A stretch of 64,000 bases of DNA. It comes from Ylistrum balloti. Taxonomy: Eukaryota. Positions 14,719-29,700 of the stretch are shown piece by piece. A program made the translations under genes and the position numbers. The stretch is from positions 310,001-374,000 of the forward strand of contig NW_026782433.1 of the NCBI RefSeq assembly GCF_031769215.1, in the 5' to 3' direction. Position 1 is the first letter of the stretch. Each line of letters starts with the position of its first letter. The notes beneath the pieces were generated by a model. That model made no database searches. It saw only the letters and a list, made by a program, of their open reading frames with translations, and was not told the DNA's origin.

Positions 14719-17700
14719 ATGGAAGAAAATACAGATATTAACTTGAGTTCTGGTAAAGTTGAATCGCCCAGTGGTCGTGATGATGGAGACAAATTCAACC
14801 TTCAGAGAAAAATCTTTGTTGGAAACATCAGCTACAGGGTTTGTAACTTTATGTTGATTATTAAGCAAATGATAGAAAGGTAAAACTTGGATCAGTTTGT
14901 AGGTGCTGTTGAATTGGGTCACTTATGGCAGTTATTTGTTATATAAGGGCATGTTCATTATTTGTTCAATAATTGCTATGCCTTATTCCATTTACATAAA
15001 AAAGATAACCCAAGTGTTTGAGTTGTATAGACGGAAAGTGTGTAAAATTGAATTAATAGGAACAGAATTGAAATTTCTTTTGTTTAACATATACATGTAC
15101 ATACATGTGTGTACTATATATATTTGGCATAAACCTCAAGATCTGTCTTTCGTAATGTGTTCTCCATAATCAAAGAAATATCACTGGGAAATAAACCAGC
15201 TTTTAGTTGACTTAAAAGTGACTTGGACAAACACTGACTTTTTATACGCCCGTCGAAAGACGGACGTATTATGGTATGGCGCTGTCCATCCATCTGGTGT
15301 CCATCGTAAACTTTTATTTGTTCGGAGATCTCCTACATTTTTCAGCCCATCTTTATGAAACTTGGTAGGCTTAATCACCATGATATGAAATTGTGATTTC
15401 CTGAACGGGGTTTTGATTAGACGATTTGAATAAGAGTTATGCCCCTTTGTTTATTTCACTGTAGAAATCTTGTCTGGAGATCTCCTTCAATATTTTTCTG
15501 CCGATCTTTATGAAACTTGGTAGGCTTAATCACCATGATATTAAGATTGTGATTTCCTGAACGGGCTAAGAGTTATGCCCCTTCACTGTTTTGGATATTC
15601 ACGGACGTATTTTATGCCGCTTTGTGGTGCTCTTGTTCATGATCTTATGATAGCAATGTTGTAGTAGAACTAAACCAAATTTCTTTTGAAAACTGTAAAT
15701 ATCAAATACTGATGGATATCAAAATTATACTTACACAATGCAGTGTCATTACCAAAAGATATAGTCATTCTCAATCAAGAAAGAATATGGGGATAGGTAA
15801 AAACGTCATTGTTCATTTTCTAGAGCTGTCATATATATGTCTTACAGTGGGATAGTACCTGGGTTATCTATAGGCAAGAGTGATATAACTATCAACTGTA
15901 GAGAACAAGGCATAGAAAAATGACCAATGATGTAATTTAGTTATATTTTCCCCCATGAAGAACATAACTCAAATTGAAGTGTTTTACCTACCACAGACGA
16001 AGACAGAAAATACTCTTTCCTCTAATCTATACTTTAATTCTCAGTTATAGTCGTACAAGATACTAACCATTCTGAAAGATGACTGTGTCAGTAGGTGATG
16101 TTGATTTTGACAATGAATTTTATTTTTGCTGATGTTAAAAGTGTTTTCAATACATATAGTGTATAGCATTTTCAATTATATCCAACAGTTTTGTGCTTCA
16201 TAAATGGTTTCACGTGGCACATACCAGTATATATATATATATACATTTATATACCGGTATATATTGAAAATGTGGTGAATTCTCCGTGCCCAGTAGATAT
16301 AGAAAAAAGTTAAACGATGGAAGCGCTTATGTTTTACATCATGTGTTTTCCAGTGTTTTTACTTTTTTCTATATGTATATATGTATATATGAATATGATT
16401 CTGTTATAAAAAACAAAATATAAACATTTGTAGGTTTATTTAAACAAGTTTGACAATTTATTTATATTTTTACCATCAAGATTGATATTCATTATTATAT
16501 GAATGTAAGTTATTTTTACTCATTAACTTTGGCAGGTGAAGCAGCACCAGTTGACTAAACACTTCAGTCAGTTTGGAACAGTAGATTACTGCTATGTTGT
16601 AAAAGACCACCTGAAGAAATGGTCCCGTGGGTAGGTAACACCCCATAAAACATAACAGACTGTGTGAAGAAATGCTCCCGTGGGTAGGTAACACTCCATA
16701 ACACATAACAGACTGTATGAAGAAATGGTCCTGTGGGTAGGTAACACTCCATAAAACATAACAGACTGTGTGAAGAGATGGTCCCGTGGTTAGGTAACAC
16801 TCCATTAAACATAAAAGACCGTGTGAAGAAATGGTCTCGTGGGTAGGTAACACTCCATAAAACAACAGACTGTGTGAAGAAATGGACCTGTGGGAAGGTA
16901 ACACTCCATAAAACATAACAGGCTGTGTGAAGAAATGGACATGTGGGTGGGTAACCCTCTCTATACCAGTACAGATTGTCTGAAGAAATGGTCCCATTGG
17001 CAGGTATACCCTCTCTATACCAGTACAGATTGTCTGAAGAAATGGTCCCATTGGCAGGTATACCCTCTCTATACCAGTACAGATTGTCTGAAGAAATGGT
17101 CCCATTGGCAGGTATACCCCCCATAAGCTTGCTATATCACATAATTTTGTTTGGGGACAACTTAAGGTATAAGTGGATATTTTTATCCTGTTTTTTAGTT
17201 GCCCGTTTTAGGTATGGAATTGTCCTTTAGAAATTTTTGTCCATCCTTTTGCCTAATTTTGACTCAGGAGATAACATCTTAATCCAGAAATGTGAAGTGC
17301 TGAAATCAAATACAAGTATTCTGATAGATATTTTAGCAATTCACTGGTGTCAAGGTTGATGTTTCTAAAAAATAGAACAGGACGTTCATTCAGTCAAGTC
17401 TATAAGATGTTTGTTTGCCATTGTGCACTAATGAGTCCTTTAATACTGTTCTATTTCTAACACTAATTTATACAGCTTTTCTTTATCTGAGATGAGGTGA
17501 CAAAATATTACTAAAATAAATGTAAAATAGATTTCTGACTATCTAATAACAGTTCACGATTTTTATGTCCTCTAATCTTTCCTATTCCAGAATGTTATAT
17601 GGGAAATTTACTTTCATTAAAGCTATTTGACAATTGTAATTATATATATATATATATATATAAATACACACAATTTTATCAAAGGAATTCATCAAAATAC

Positions 17701-20700
17701 ATTGCCAAGTATGAGAAGTATCTGTTCAATGTCGTTTTAGTTTACCTAGATTGTACTGTAATACAATTTCTTGTACAGTTTTTGTATATATTACAGCATT
17801 GCCTTTGTTACCTTTCAAGACAAGAAGAGTATGACCAGAGCATTGCAAGCTACAGATGAGGAACTAATGTTAGATGGAAGGTTTGTGATAGCTTGTACTT
17901 AAAGTTTAAGATTCTAAAAGCTTGCTTTGATGTTTGATAAAAAAAGAAAAAAATCAGCATCACATACATGTGTAATTATAAAAAATAGAAGTTCTTGTAC
18001 TCCAAATTTATGATATACTCTTGCCATTTTACAGAGTTGCACATAGTGTTTCCCATGTCTTTCCTGTCCAGTCTCATTTTTTAAATTTTGCACTTATGAA
18101 ATTAAGCATGATGTTTAATAGGAAGTTTTAAGTACCATCCTCAACCAACCCCCATTCTCTCCTTCTTCAATGAAATCATTGAGTTTAAACCTGAGGTAGG
18201 AAAACTTTTCATTGATTTGGTTTTATTTCGCCGTTTATCACTGTAACCTATGTTTAAGGTTGATGCGAGTCGCTCCTGCAGAAGAATCGAAGCGTGTATC
18301 ATACTCTGAAGGAGCTAATTGGCAGACCCGACTTCCTCCCTCCCTACCAACCCAGACCCAGGATGGTGATACATGTGAATCAGACTTCCATTGTAGTGAA
18401 CAGGTAGATAACCTGATGATAATTAATATTTCCCTACTATCAGAAAGTCCTTGTTCCTCTGGGAATAATACATATTAGTCACACTTTTTTTCCGTTGAAA
18501 AGTTACATGTCTGCTATTTGTTATTCCTGTTCATTAGTAATAGAACTCTGATGAGAACAGGATATCTAAATTCAGTTGTTATATGTTACATATGAGTTTT
18601 CATAGTTAGAGTGAGAGTGGTATACATAGAGTAGAAGGATCCAGCCAATTAAAGCCTTAAAACAGTTTGTTTCTGTGTGATATGTGGGTTTTAGTTAGTG
18701 AGAGTGGTATTTGTGTATCGGAAGGATCCAGCCCATACTAAAAGCCTTAAAACAATCTGTTTCTGTGTCCATTTTATGGCGAGCATGTAGGGTTGTCCAT
18801 GTCATACCATTGTGTCACATTCTAAAACAATGTCATATATATCTTGAGAACCTCTCACCAGATTTTCTAATTCATAGTAACACCTTAGATCATCAAATCC
18901 AATTTTAAAACTTCATGATATGAAAGTTGTCATCAAATAAGATTAAAAGATCAATGGTGAATTTGACAATAGTTAAGGTTTACTAAACAATGACTACTGC
19001 GTGATGCCTGACAGTAAGGGTAAGTATATATAGATAATGCTGCAATTCTGTGCTTCTCTCCAACAGGTAACACTGCCAAATGTGTCACACCTAGAGCTTG
19101 ATGCCTGTGGAGAATGTGCGATCCAACGGCTGTATGATGACAGCCTCATGCTCATCTTCTCCTTTCTGTCTGTTAAAGAACATGTTAGAGTTGAAAGGGT
19201 GTGTAGAAGGTGGCGCCACTTAGCCCAGAAATCTTGGAATCGACAACACAAGCTTCAATTCCGACACATGTTCAAAGGATTCATTAAAGGTACTTTAAAT
19301 TATAGCTACTTTATTTAGAACTCATGAGAACACAGAAATTTTAACAGTCAAAGTACATAAATCTTGCGCAAAATGTAAGCAAATAAACATTAGCCTATGG
19401 ATATTGCAATATTTACGATGTATCAATCCTGTTGGTGGAGCCATACAGGAATGTTTCTATATTGAGAAAAGGAAGAAGGTGATCATAAATAGAGAAAACA
19501 CTTATCTGTTTATTATTTTATTAAAGCACTTCCTAGAGAGAACTATTCTCCTAAAGCATTGTCTGGCGAGACTGCCATAGATGACAAATTTGCTGTCTGA
19601 TTCACATTATTTTCCAGAGTTCATCCCGCAATGAAGTCATTATAGTAATGAGTAAACAAATTCAGTCTCTGGATTAATTTTTAGATTTTGTTGTACCTCA
19701 GAAAATGTATCAAGATTTTCTTACCCGATCAGCTCACCATCACAGTCCACACTTAACACAAAAGTGATAGAAACTGAAGTGCCATCTGATGCAAGGGGCA
19801 TCACTCTTACAAGCACATGGATTGTGTTCTCTTTTTTTGGAGACTGTACCTGGTATAAGTTACATTGTCTCCTGTACACTAGAAGACAGGGAATTTAGCC
19901 TATTGTTGTTCTACATCCTATTAACAACCAGAGTCATTTAAGGACTTAACAGGTCTGCATGGTGGAGGGAAGTCAGAGTTCCCGGAGAAAAAACACTGAC
20001 CTGCAGCCAGTACCTGGCTACAGAGAAAATGTCACTAAATAGACCATGGCTAATATTCTATCAACTTTCTAGTAATTCTCATGTAATGCAACAGTATTAT
20101 TAAGGAAGCTTTCCTGAAAGGCATTAAGAAAAGATTAAATAAATTGGCTAATGTAGAATTATCTGTTGTTTCCTTGTTTCAAAAATTCTCTCAAGAAGTG
20201 TTTATGATTGACATGTGAAATGTACATTAGTCAATAAATCTACCATCATTTAATGTTTTCACTTGCTCAAAATATCAGAAAGTTATATGGAAAGATATTT
20301 TATCTTAACTACCTATCTTCAGTTTTTGTCATGCTATGGCAAAGCAGCAGAGAAACAAGGTGTTACTTTCCTTCCATCTGTTCTCAGGTTGTTGTCCACC
20401 TCATTAAAAGGCTCTGTTTTAATCAGGTTTTCAGGAAGTATTAGTGCATTTCAGAAATAAATCCAAATTTTTGTGTTATAATTATAGATCATTGGGTGAA
20501 CAATTGAAATCATCATAACAATGACCATTTTGATTGCTTGGATCCAGATTTTAGACGAAAAAAACTTGTAAGGCATTGTTACACTGTCATCTTTTATATA
20601 ATTGAATATAATAACAGACTTGAATTAGCTCTGTAGAATTCAAGCTTTAAATGTTTTCCTTTATGAGGACTGACTTCTGTACTGCAGAATTTCTTTTCAT

Positions 20701-23700
20701 TTCTATTAATTAAATTAATTAATTTAAATAATTATATAAGATTATGGAATATCTTTAATAAGGAAATTTAATTCATGACCTGCATGTTGTTATTTTAGGT
20801 CTGACAGATTCTATCCTGAACAGCCTGTTACAGCGATGTGGTGTCTATTTGCGGGCACTGGACCTTTCTGCCTCCCCACAACTTCTCAGTGACCTGTGTG
20901 CTGACAGTATTGGTAAGTCTGCAACATACACGTTCTTTCAAACCATTCATGAATAAGATCAGCTGTAAGGCAATAGAGGGAATGTATGCCATCAAAAAAA
21001 AAAAAAAAAACGAGAGTATAGAATTGTAATTTTATTAACCCGCAAAAATTTGTTATTTTATTGAAGGTGCCAACTGTCCAAACCTGACTGAGCTGAATGT
21101 GTCTGGAGCTAGTGTCACAGATGTTTCACTTAGGACCATAGCACAAGCTTGTCCTAAACTCAGGGTAAATACTGATATGTGTTCTCCTGTTTTAATTATG
21201 AGTAACTTATTCAACTTTCTGTCTGTCATTTTTATATCTTTGCCTCAACCAGTTTATGGGGGCATCAGGGTTTTCCCTCAGATTCTCAGACTCAAACACA
21301 CATGATATAGAGTAAAACTGTAACAATTTTGAGGGTTCTTTGTCAATTGAATGTGTCAAAATGCATGATTTTGAAAGTTAGGGAAAACCCAGGGGCATAT
21401 AGTGTTTCTCATGTTTGTCCATTGTGTCATATGTTACATTTTGACAACCTCTGAACTGATACCTATATGCCTGGGACCAAGAGCATTTCTCTCTTTCAGC
21501 CATTTTCTTGTTTTTTTTTTTCTACATTTTATCTTACAATTTATCATTTCGTATAATGTAGTCTTGCATATTTCTGTTGTTGAAATAAAAAACCATTTAC
21601 ATGCATGATTTTGCTTTTCTTTACACAGGGGTTTATCCAAGAAAGAAGTTTCTATGTTGGCGATAAAGGGTAAGATGAAATAAAAGTTGAAAACCATGGA
21701 ATTCTGTGTAAAGAAGTGAGAATTCAAATAATCTTAATTTGAGAAGAAACACATCATATAACAAATTCCTATTTGGCCTCATTTCTGAAGAAGACACCAC
21801 AATTAGAATATCTAGTAGTCTGAGCTGAGACATTTCAACACAGAATATTTCACTTTTTCAAATATTGAAATTCGATGAAACCATGGTATGATTTTCAATT
21901 TATTTGAACAAAATTGCATTATCACAATTTTCTGTTTTGTGTTCATTGCAGGTTGACTTCGCTTTTCCAAGGCTGTCAGTCACTGGAGCATGTAGATGTA
22001 CAGAACAATGCTGGAATAGTAGGAGATGTAAGACCTGAACTTTACCCCTTCCTCTCAGTAGAGAAACATCCCTAGGATCATACTAATATCCCTGTATGTT
22101 GTTAATCAATACTCCCAAAGACATCTCTGCTTTTATCTATGAATTTTTTTAAATAAGCCTCGATTGTATATAAAACGTCTTTATGAAGTAGTGTATGTAT
22201 TTTGATTTGAATGTGTACAGCTTGGTTTAAGAGTACTGTGAACTGCCTTTGGTTGTAGTGTTTCCATTCTCTTCCTACAACGGTAAAGTACCTAAATCTG
22301 GACCACTGTACCAAGGTTAGTGTTCTTACATAAATATGTTCTTTTGTTTAAGTGTATTAAAATGTTCTTTTTTGTTTTCACATGTTCATCCATTAACTTT
22401 AATTGATCTGGATCAGTTTTTTTGCTTTTCACATGTTCATCCATTAACTTTAATTGATCTGGATCAGTTTTTTGCTTTTCACATGTTCATCCATTAACTT
22501 TAATTGATCTGGATCAGTTTTTTTGCTTTTCACATGTTCATCCATTAACTTTAATTGATCTGGATCAGTTTTTTTTGCTTTTCACATGTTCATCCATTAA
22601 CTTTAATTGATCTGGATCAGTTTTTTTGCTTTTCACATGTTCATCCATTAACTTTAATTGATCTGGATCAGTTTTTTGCTTTTCTTTCCAATATCATATA
22701 AGTGGAATCCCCTACTGATTCGTTCCCTGATGGCAAACTAGAATTTTTAGTTTTCACATTGTCTTCACATCACATAAATTTGAGAGATTCCACAACTGTA
22801 TAGTTTTATTCAGTATGAATTTGTAGAACAGAACATTTAACAAAATTAATTTTGTTTCAAACAGTTGTCAGACTTGGGATTACGAAAGATTTGTCTGCGA
22901 TGCAAACACTTGACGGAGTTATATATAAGTCATTGTAAATCTGTGACGGACCAAAGTCTCATCAACATCACACAGGTAAGTTCTACTCTTTAATTATAAG
23001 TCTCATCAACATCACACAGGTAAGTTCTACTCTTTAATTATAAGTCTCATCAACATCACACAGGTAAGTTCTACTCTTTAATTATAAGCCTCATCAACAT
23101 CATACAGGTAAATTCTACTCTTTACTTATAAGCCTCGTCAACTTGATACAGGTAAGTTATACTCTTTACTTAAAACAAGAGAGGATGTTGATTGAACGCT
23201 GATGTTTTTGAAGAAGAAAAGTATCTGGCTGTGTAAAGCTCTTACATTGATGGAGTAGTTTGTAATAATACTAGTCTGATCCACAATATAAACATTTAAA
23301 AACCAATCTTTAACCAGTATATTTAGAGGAATGACTGAGAGGTCTTTAAATAATATTAACATTTATGTTTTGTTATAAATCCCTGTATTAACAAAGACGT
23401 GTTGGAGAGATTTCTATAAACAAACATACTAATAAATTATTACTCTTTTTATCCCAATATGATATTAAAAATAAAGAAAAAATTCATATGTTAAAAAAAT
23501 GCTTCACATAATGAAAATAAATGTCCCAAATCTTGAACATTATGACAATATCCTAAAATCATATAAGAACTGATAGCAAGAAATGCTATATAATTGACCA
23601 GAATTTTGTACCAGTCTTAGGCCTCTGATGTAATCATTGCTATAACATGCTGATCCTGTTTACTCAGTTTTGTAATATTTATGTTAAGTTACATTTTGAC

Positions 23701-26700
23701 ATCAAATTCTATGTCAGTCATAGAGAGGCTAGTTTACCTCTTATATAAGAGACAATACCCTGGCCAGAGGTAGCATGTCAAGGCTTGACAAGTAATAACA
23801 TTCACCTTTAGTGAAGTTTTCATCAGAACAGGTACCCGCTGTACTGTGCCAGTAGTCAGCTCACTCCTGGTTACTCATTAAAACAACTTTTATTCACTTC
23901 TCTTTGTGGTTTTATAAGATTACTTTAATCTGTATTTTTCAGAATCTTAAAAGGTTGAAAGTCCTACATATGGAAGGCAGTTATTCACAAAGTAAGTATA
24001 TTTTATCTCAACAAGAATACAGCAGGTTTGTTAATTTAGCTTTACTAGTGTTTTATAAAAAAAAGTACCACTTTTCCTATAACATGTATTATATGACCTT
24101 TTGACCTTGACCAGCATCAGTAACAAACGGCAGCATATATAACCCTAGTGATGTCATAATTATTTATATACACAGATTTGTTAAATTTCGACAACAGATG
24201 CCCTACTTAGGCTAACCTGTTTTGTTCAATTCATGCTTAATGTTAATTTATGATGATAATAACTTCATACAGGGACGATTCTGAAATTGAAATGGAATGA
24301 CATACAAAATCTAATTTTCATGAGAACTTACTAGTAGAGCCAGGTATATTGGACATACACATAATAAGATGCTATCGCTGCATATCAAACAGTTGCATGT
24401 CCTATCGTCAGACGACCATGAGCATTTGTGATGGTGTTAGTTCATCTGGGAGGATATAAACCGTAACTGCACAGAACACAATTGCCATACATTAATTGGA
24501 ATAAGTTTGATTCTTTTTTTTTTCCCCTGTTAATTTAAAAAAAATTGTTACCATACAAGACAATTTTTCAACATTCATGTCTTCAACGTTGTCTTTCATT
24601 ACCATGTTTGAATTGAGGCTTGGTTGGTATTGGGTAGGGTTCAGAGGTCAAATTACATAATTAAAGATAAACCTCTAGTCGTTTTGTTGAAACTAGGGTA
24701 AATATAGTTAACTAAGGTGCTTCAACTGTTGTCTATTATATCTGTATGTGCATTTATTACGATGTTTAAGAAAGTGTGATGCTATAAAAGCTTTCATCAT
24801 AAGGTCATGACCTCTTGACCTGAAGTCACTGCCCTGACCTTTTACCTTCACATTAGCTCAGCCATCATTTCTTTCATGAATATTTATGTGATCTTTCCAC
24901 TTAATGTTTATAAGACATGACATACTGGGTATACTTGCCTTTCTGAAGGTACTTTTATTTAAATTGCATATGTAGGCCACTGGAATTAATCAATTTCATT
25001 GTTATTTTATACTAATTTTTTATGTCCATTTTCAGTTACATCTTCAGGCCTGAAGAAGATTGGTCAGTTAATTTTTTTGGTTAGTATATCAAGCACAAAT
25101 CTCTTACTCCTTGATAGTGTCTTAACAGAACTTTTTTCCAAAACCAACAAATATCCTGCTGAGTGTTTACTGTCATCAACACAAGAAAATAGTCTGATGT
25201 CAGTTATTTCTGTACCTTGTGATTCCTCTTTGACACAATGTTCTTTTCCTTCAGTTTGTCACCTAGTTTTGTCATCTTCTTTAAGGAGACTTGCAATGTG
25301 CTCACTGATAAGCTTAAGGTTGAGTTAACCAAGTATTTTAATTAACTCACATTAAGACTCCAAAATCGAGAATTTCTCCTAATATATTTTTCTGTTGCAT
25401 TAAACATGGGGGTTATGAATCATGTTTGAATTCCTTGAAGTCTGATGACTATTTCGGATTTTGGATCTGTTTACCTGAAACATCTCCTACAATCATATCT
25501 ACGACATGGCTTGAATGTTTTATATCTTTTTCTAGAAAGAATTAAGCCTTTCTCAGAATTCTGCTGTAGATGATGGAGTTTTAGTACAGTGTGCCGTAGG
25601 ATGCTCAAATCTCACGTAAGTGCACGTTTTGTATAATGAAGGGAATGGTATCAATGCTGCTAAGCTGATATTGTATCGTTGTCTTTGATATTGAATTTCT
25701 TGTTAACTTTCCAAAAATGTTTTAAAACTTGTTCTGCAAGTTAGGATACCATTATCATACACTGGTCTGTGCATTTATACTAGTTAAAACAAAGTTGTTG
25801 TTTTTTTTTTTTTTTTTATAAAAACAGCTTAATTATTTCTGTATGGATAAGATATCTTAATGGAATCAACACTTCCATGATCAGAAACATTAGAAACCAT
25901 TTTAAAATTTATCTTTTATATGTGTCAACAATTTCATTTTCAGTAATTTTGATATTTCTGGCTGTTACAAGCATGTGACTGATCTTGGAATACAGGCCTT
26001 AACCAGGTGTTCTGATCTGTCTTACCTAAACATCAGTTACCTGTCTCATGTAAGTCACACAATCTGTCTTACCTAAACATCAATTACCTGTCTCATGTAA
26101 GTCACACGATCTGTCTTACCTAAACATCAGTTACCTGTCTCATGTAAGTCACATGAATTGTCTTACCTAAACATCAGTTACCTGTCTCATGTAAGTCACA
26201 CAATCTGTCTTACCTAAACATCAATTACCTGTCTCATGTAAGTCACACGATCTGTCTTACCTAAACATCAGTTACCTGTCTCATGTAAGTCACATGAATT
26301 GTCTTACCTAAACATCAGTTACCTGTCTCATGTAAGTCACACAATCTGTCTTACCTAAACATCAGTTACCTGTCTCATGTAAGTCACACAATCTGTCTTA
26401 TCTAAACATCAGTTACCTGTCTCATGTAAGTCACACAATCTGTCTTACCTAAACATCAGTTACCTGTCTCATGTAAGTCACACAATTTGTCCTATCTAAA
26501 CATCAGTTACCTGTCTTAGGAAAGTCACATGATCTATCTTACCTAAACATCAGTTACCTGTCTAACGTAAGTCACACGATCTGTCTTACCTAAATATCAG
26601 TTACCTGTCTCAAGTAAGTCACACGATCTGTCTTACCTAAACATCAGTTACCTGTCTCATGTAAGTCACATGAATTGTCTTACCTAAACATCAGTTACCT

Positions 26701-29700
26701 GTCTCATGTAAGTCACACAATCTGTCTTACCTAAACATCAGTTACCTGTCTCATGTAAATCACACAATCTGTCTTATCTAAACATCAGTTACCTGTCTCA
26801 TGTAAGTCACACAATCTGTCTTACCTAAACATCAGTTACCTGTCTCATGTAAGTCACACAATTTGTCCTATCTAAACATCAGTTACCTGTCTTAGGAAAG
26901 TCACATGATCTATCTTACCTAAACATCAGTTACCTGTCTAACGTAAGTCACACGATCTGTCTTACCTAAATATCAGTTACCTGTCTCAAGTAAGTCACAC
27001 GATCTGTCTTACCTAAACATCAGTTACCTGTCTCATGTAAGTCACACAATCTGTCTTACCTAAACATCAGTCACCTGTCTCATGTAAATCACATGATCTG
27101 TCTTATCTAAACATCAGTCACCTGTCTCATGTAAGTCACACCTTTACATACAGACAGGTATTCTGATCTGTCTCACCTTTACATCAGTTACCTGTCTCAC
27201 ATAAGTCACACAATCTGTCTTATCTAAACACCAGTTACCTGTCTCAGGTAGTCACATCTTAACATACAGACAGGCGTGTTTCTATAAATCATTTAGATAT
27301 CATGTTTGATTTACAATTGTAATTGTATAGCTGTGATATATATTTGACCTACAGGTGAGTGATAGTTGTGTGGAGGCGCTCGCTACTTCTGGGAAGCTAC
27401 AATCACTGGTGGCCCGCACCTGTTCTGGTATCACTGATCGAGGTACTTAAATGCACCACTGTTTACGGGAAAATATTTGTTTTTCTTGTCACTGTTTCTA
27501 CTTAGTTTTAATATAGCAGTGAGTTGAATAATACGACTTAAAATTTTCACCTCATTATTAACACTGCCCTATATTCAGTCCACCTCCAGCTTTACTTGTT
27601 ACATTGTCTGGGGTATACACGTGTACCTCATGCATTCTCTAACTTGTGGTCATTCATTTTTGTAAAGCAGTGATAGAGAGGACAGCAAATCCTTTTTATT
27701 TTCCTTTCTTGGTGTAAATTCTTGATATACAATTTCTTGGATTTCAATAGAAGCATTCTCTCTCGGTGAAAATGGAAATCCATGAGCTGTGCTATAGAAA
27801 TGTTTTGTTGTAAGAGACCAGCAAAATTTGAAATTTCATGGTTAATGGATGTGATCCATAGAGAACTCTATATAATAAGCTCATTACTTGTATATATGTA
27901 GATGGATGGGAGGTTAACACAGTATTTTAACATACTCAAGTGCTTATTGTAGTGGTACATTATATAAACAGTATAATTAAATATTATATATTACCAATTG
28001 ACAGTCTTTAAGGTCAGTTGGCTCTGACTTATAGATTTTTTTGAGGGGTTAGGGGGTTGGGGGGTAGGAATAAGAGATCTCCTTCTGTATTATATTTGCT
28101 GTTATTCTCAAATTTGACATTGAATTATACATGATGTAGGTAAACTCAAGTGACAGCAGAATGCAGTACTGAAATTCCATTTCTGTTTCCTGCAAAACAG
28201 TGTGTAAGATGGTCTTTTGAGTTTGTCAACCTGTCATTATTTAGCTATGATGGCCTTTGCCGACCTTTGCTATGGCCTGGAACTTGTGGATCTCAGTGGG
28301 TGTTTTGATATTAGTAACCATAGTGTGGAGAGGTTTATAATTACACGTATGGATGAAAACTCCAAACCTCTCACCATAGTCCTTGGAGGTAAGTTCTGCA
28401 GTCCATGTATTGTTTTTAGCTCACCTTGTCCAAAGGATTGGTGAGCTGATGTCATGGTGTGACATCCATCTGACATCCATCATCAACATTTTGCTAACAA
28501 TCAGTACTAGTCATGAAAGATAGAATGTATTTTGACATTTTGACAAATTCAGTCTGAAGCATCCTTGGGGGGAAAGGGAACCAAGGAACAGGGGCCCAAA
28601 AGGGAAAATTTAGCAAGTTTTTAAAATTCCATCTTCTGTATAAAGAGTTAGCCCAGATTTGGACTGAAGCAATCATGGATAAAGGGAATATAATTTTGTA
28701 TAAACAGTGGTTCTCAGCCCCCAGGGGCAGAAGGGCCAAATAGAGGAAAAAGAGCAAATTCTTAAAATCCAACCATTGCTAAAGAAGGAGCAGGATTTTA
28801 AAGAATTCGGTCTGAAGCTTTCTAGACTGAAGATTTGTATGAATAAAAGTCGGTAGTTAAAAACAATAAATTGTCCTTTCTTTGAGATATTTTCATGAAG
28901 CATTTAGGATGCCACAGGAATTTTTACGAAGAAGGTAAAATGAGGATAAATATTCTGCAATTTGAAACTGTTTTTGAAATGTTCCAAATTTTGATAGTAA
29001 AAAGTGAATTAAAAGAATACATGTTTGAATCCTTGTTAAAATTCTGTAAGTTAATAAGTCTGTGAGATTTTGATGAAGTCAAATTTATGAACCTCATTGC
29101 TCAGTGTACTTTATCTCTGAATTTTCTCTAGAAGCACAAATAAGTACTAACTCTGTGCTTTAAGAAATAGAATATCTTGTTCCATGTTTTGAATTCCATA
29201 CAGTTTCTTTGTTGATGGAACATTCTGGTGTACTGTAATAGATGGTTTACTGATTGTTATGCTGTTGTTTCAACACAGGAACATCAGCGGAGCCAGAACA
29301 CCTTGATACATCGAGAAGCAGTGTAACCATCAATATGTACAACCTGTCAATGCCTCACCTCAAGGCAGACCGTGAGATCATGTTACGACCAGGTTAGACT
29401 TCCTTCGTATGGAGTTTTAAAAAATTTACTAATTTTATTTGGTACATAGCCCTTGTCTTGCAATACATCCACTTTCATAATGTCTAATGCTGTTTGTGAC
29501 TAGAAGTGTGCCCATCAAACACAAATGCAGTCTGATTTAATTTGAGTCAAAGGTAATATGTTAATCCTCTGGGTTTATTGTAGCATACATAGTTAAGGAT
29601 ATTATCTCTGCCACTATCCTTTGTTTTCACAATAGAAGCTGTATTCATGAAAATATTATTTCCGTTTTATTAACAGAAACTGGTAAGAAGTACCTTCAAC

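Noticed and set aside
16476-17230. ORFs of 209, 186, 63 and 84 aa
   Set aside because: They are translations of the 53/54-bp intronic array. Only 16536-16630 is a real exon.
17212-17230. TTTTAG|G TAT GGA ATT GTC (GYGIV), resembling an alternative RNP1 exon
   Set aside because: It hits TAG after five codons. The exon at 17797 (GIAFVTF) completes the RRM properly.
19738-19849. Open 112-nt minus-strand segment with AG and GTGAGC sites inside intron 5 of the RRM-F-box gene
   Set aside because: No partner exons or recognisable motif were found, and it is compatible with chance.
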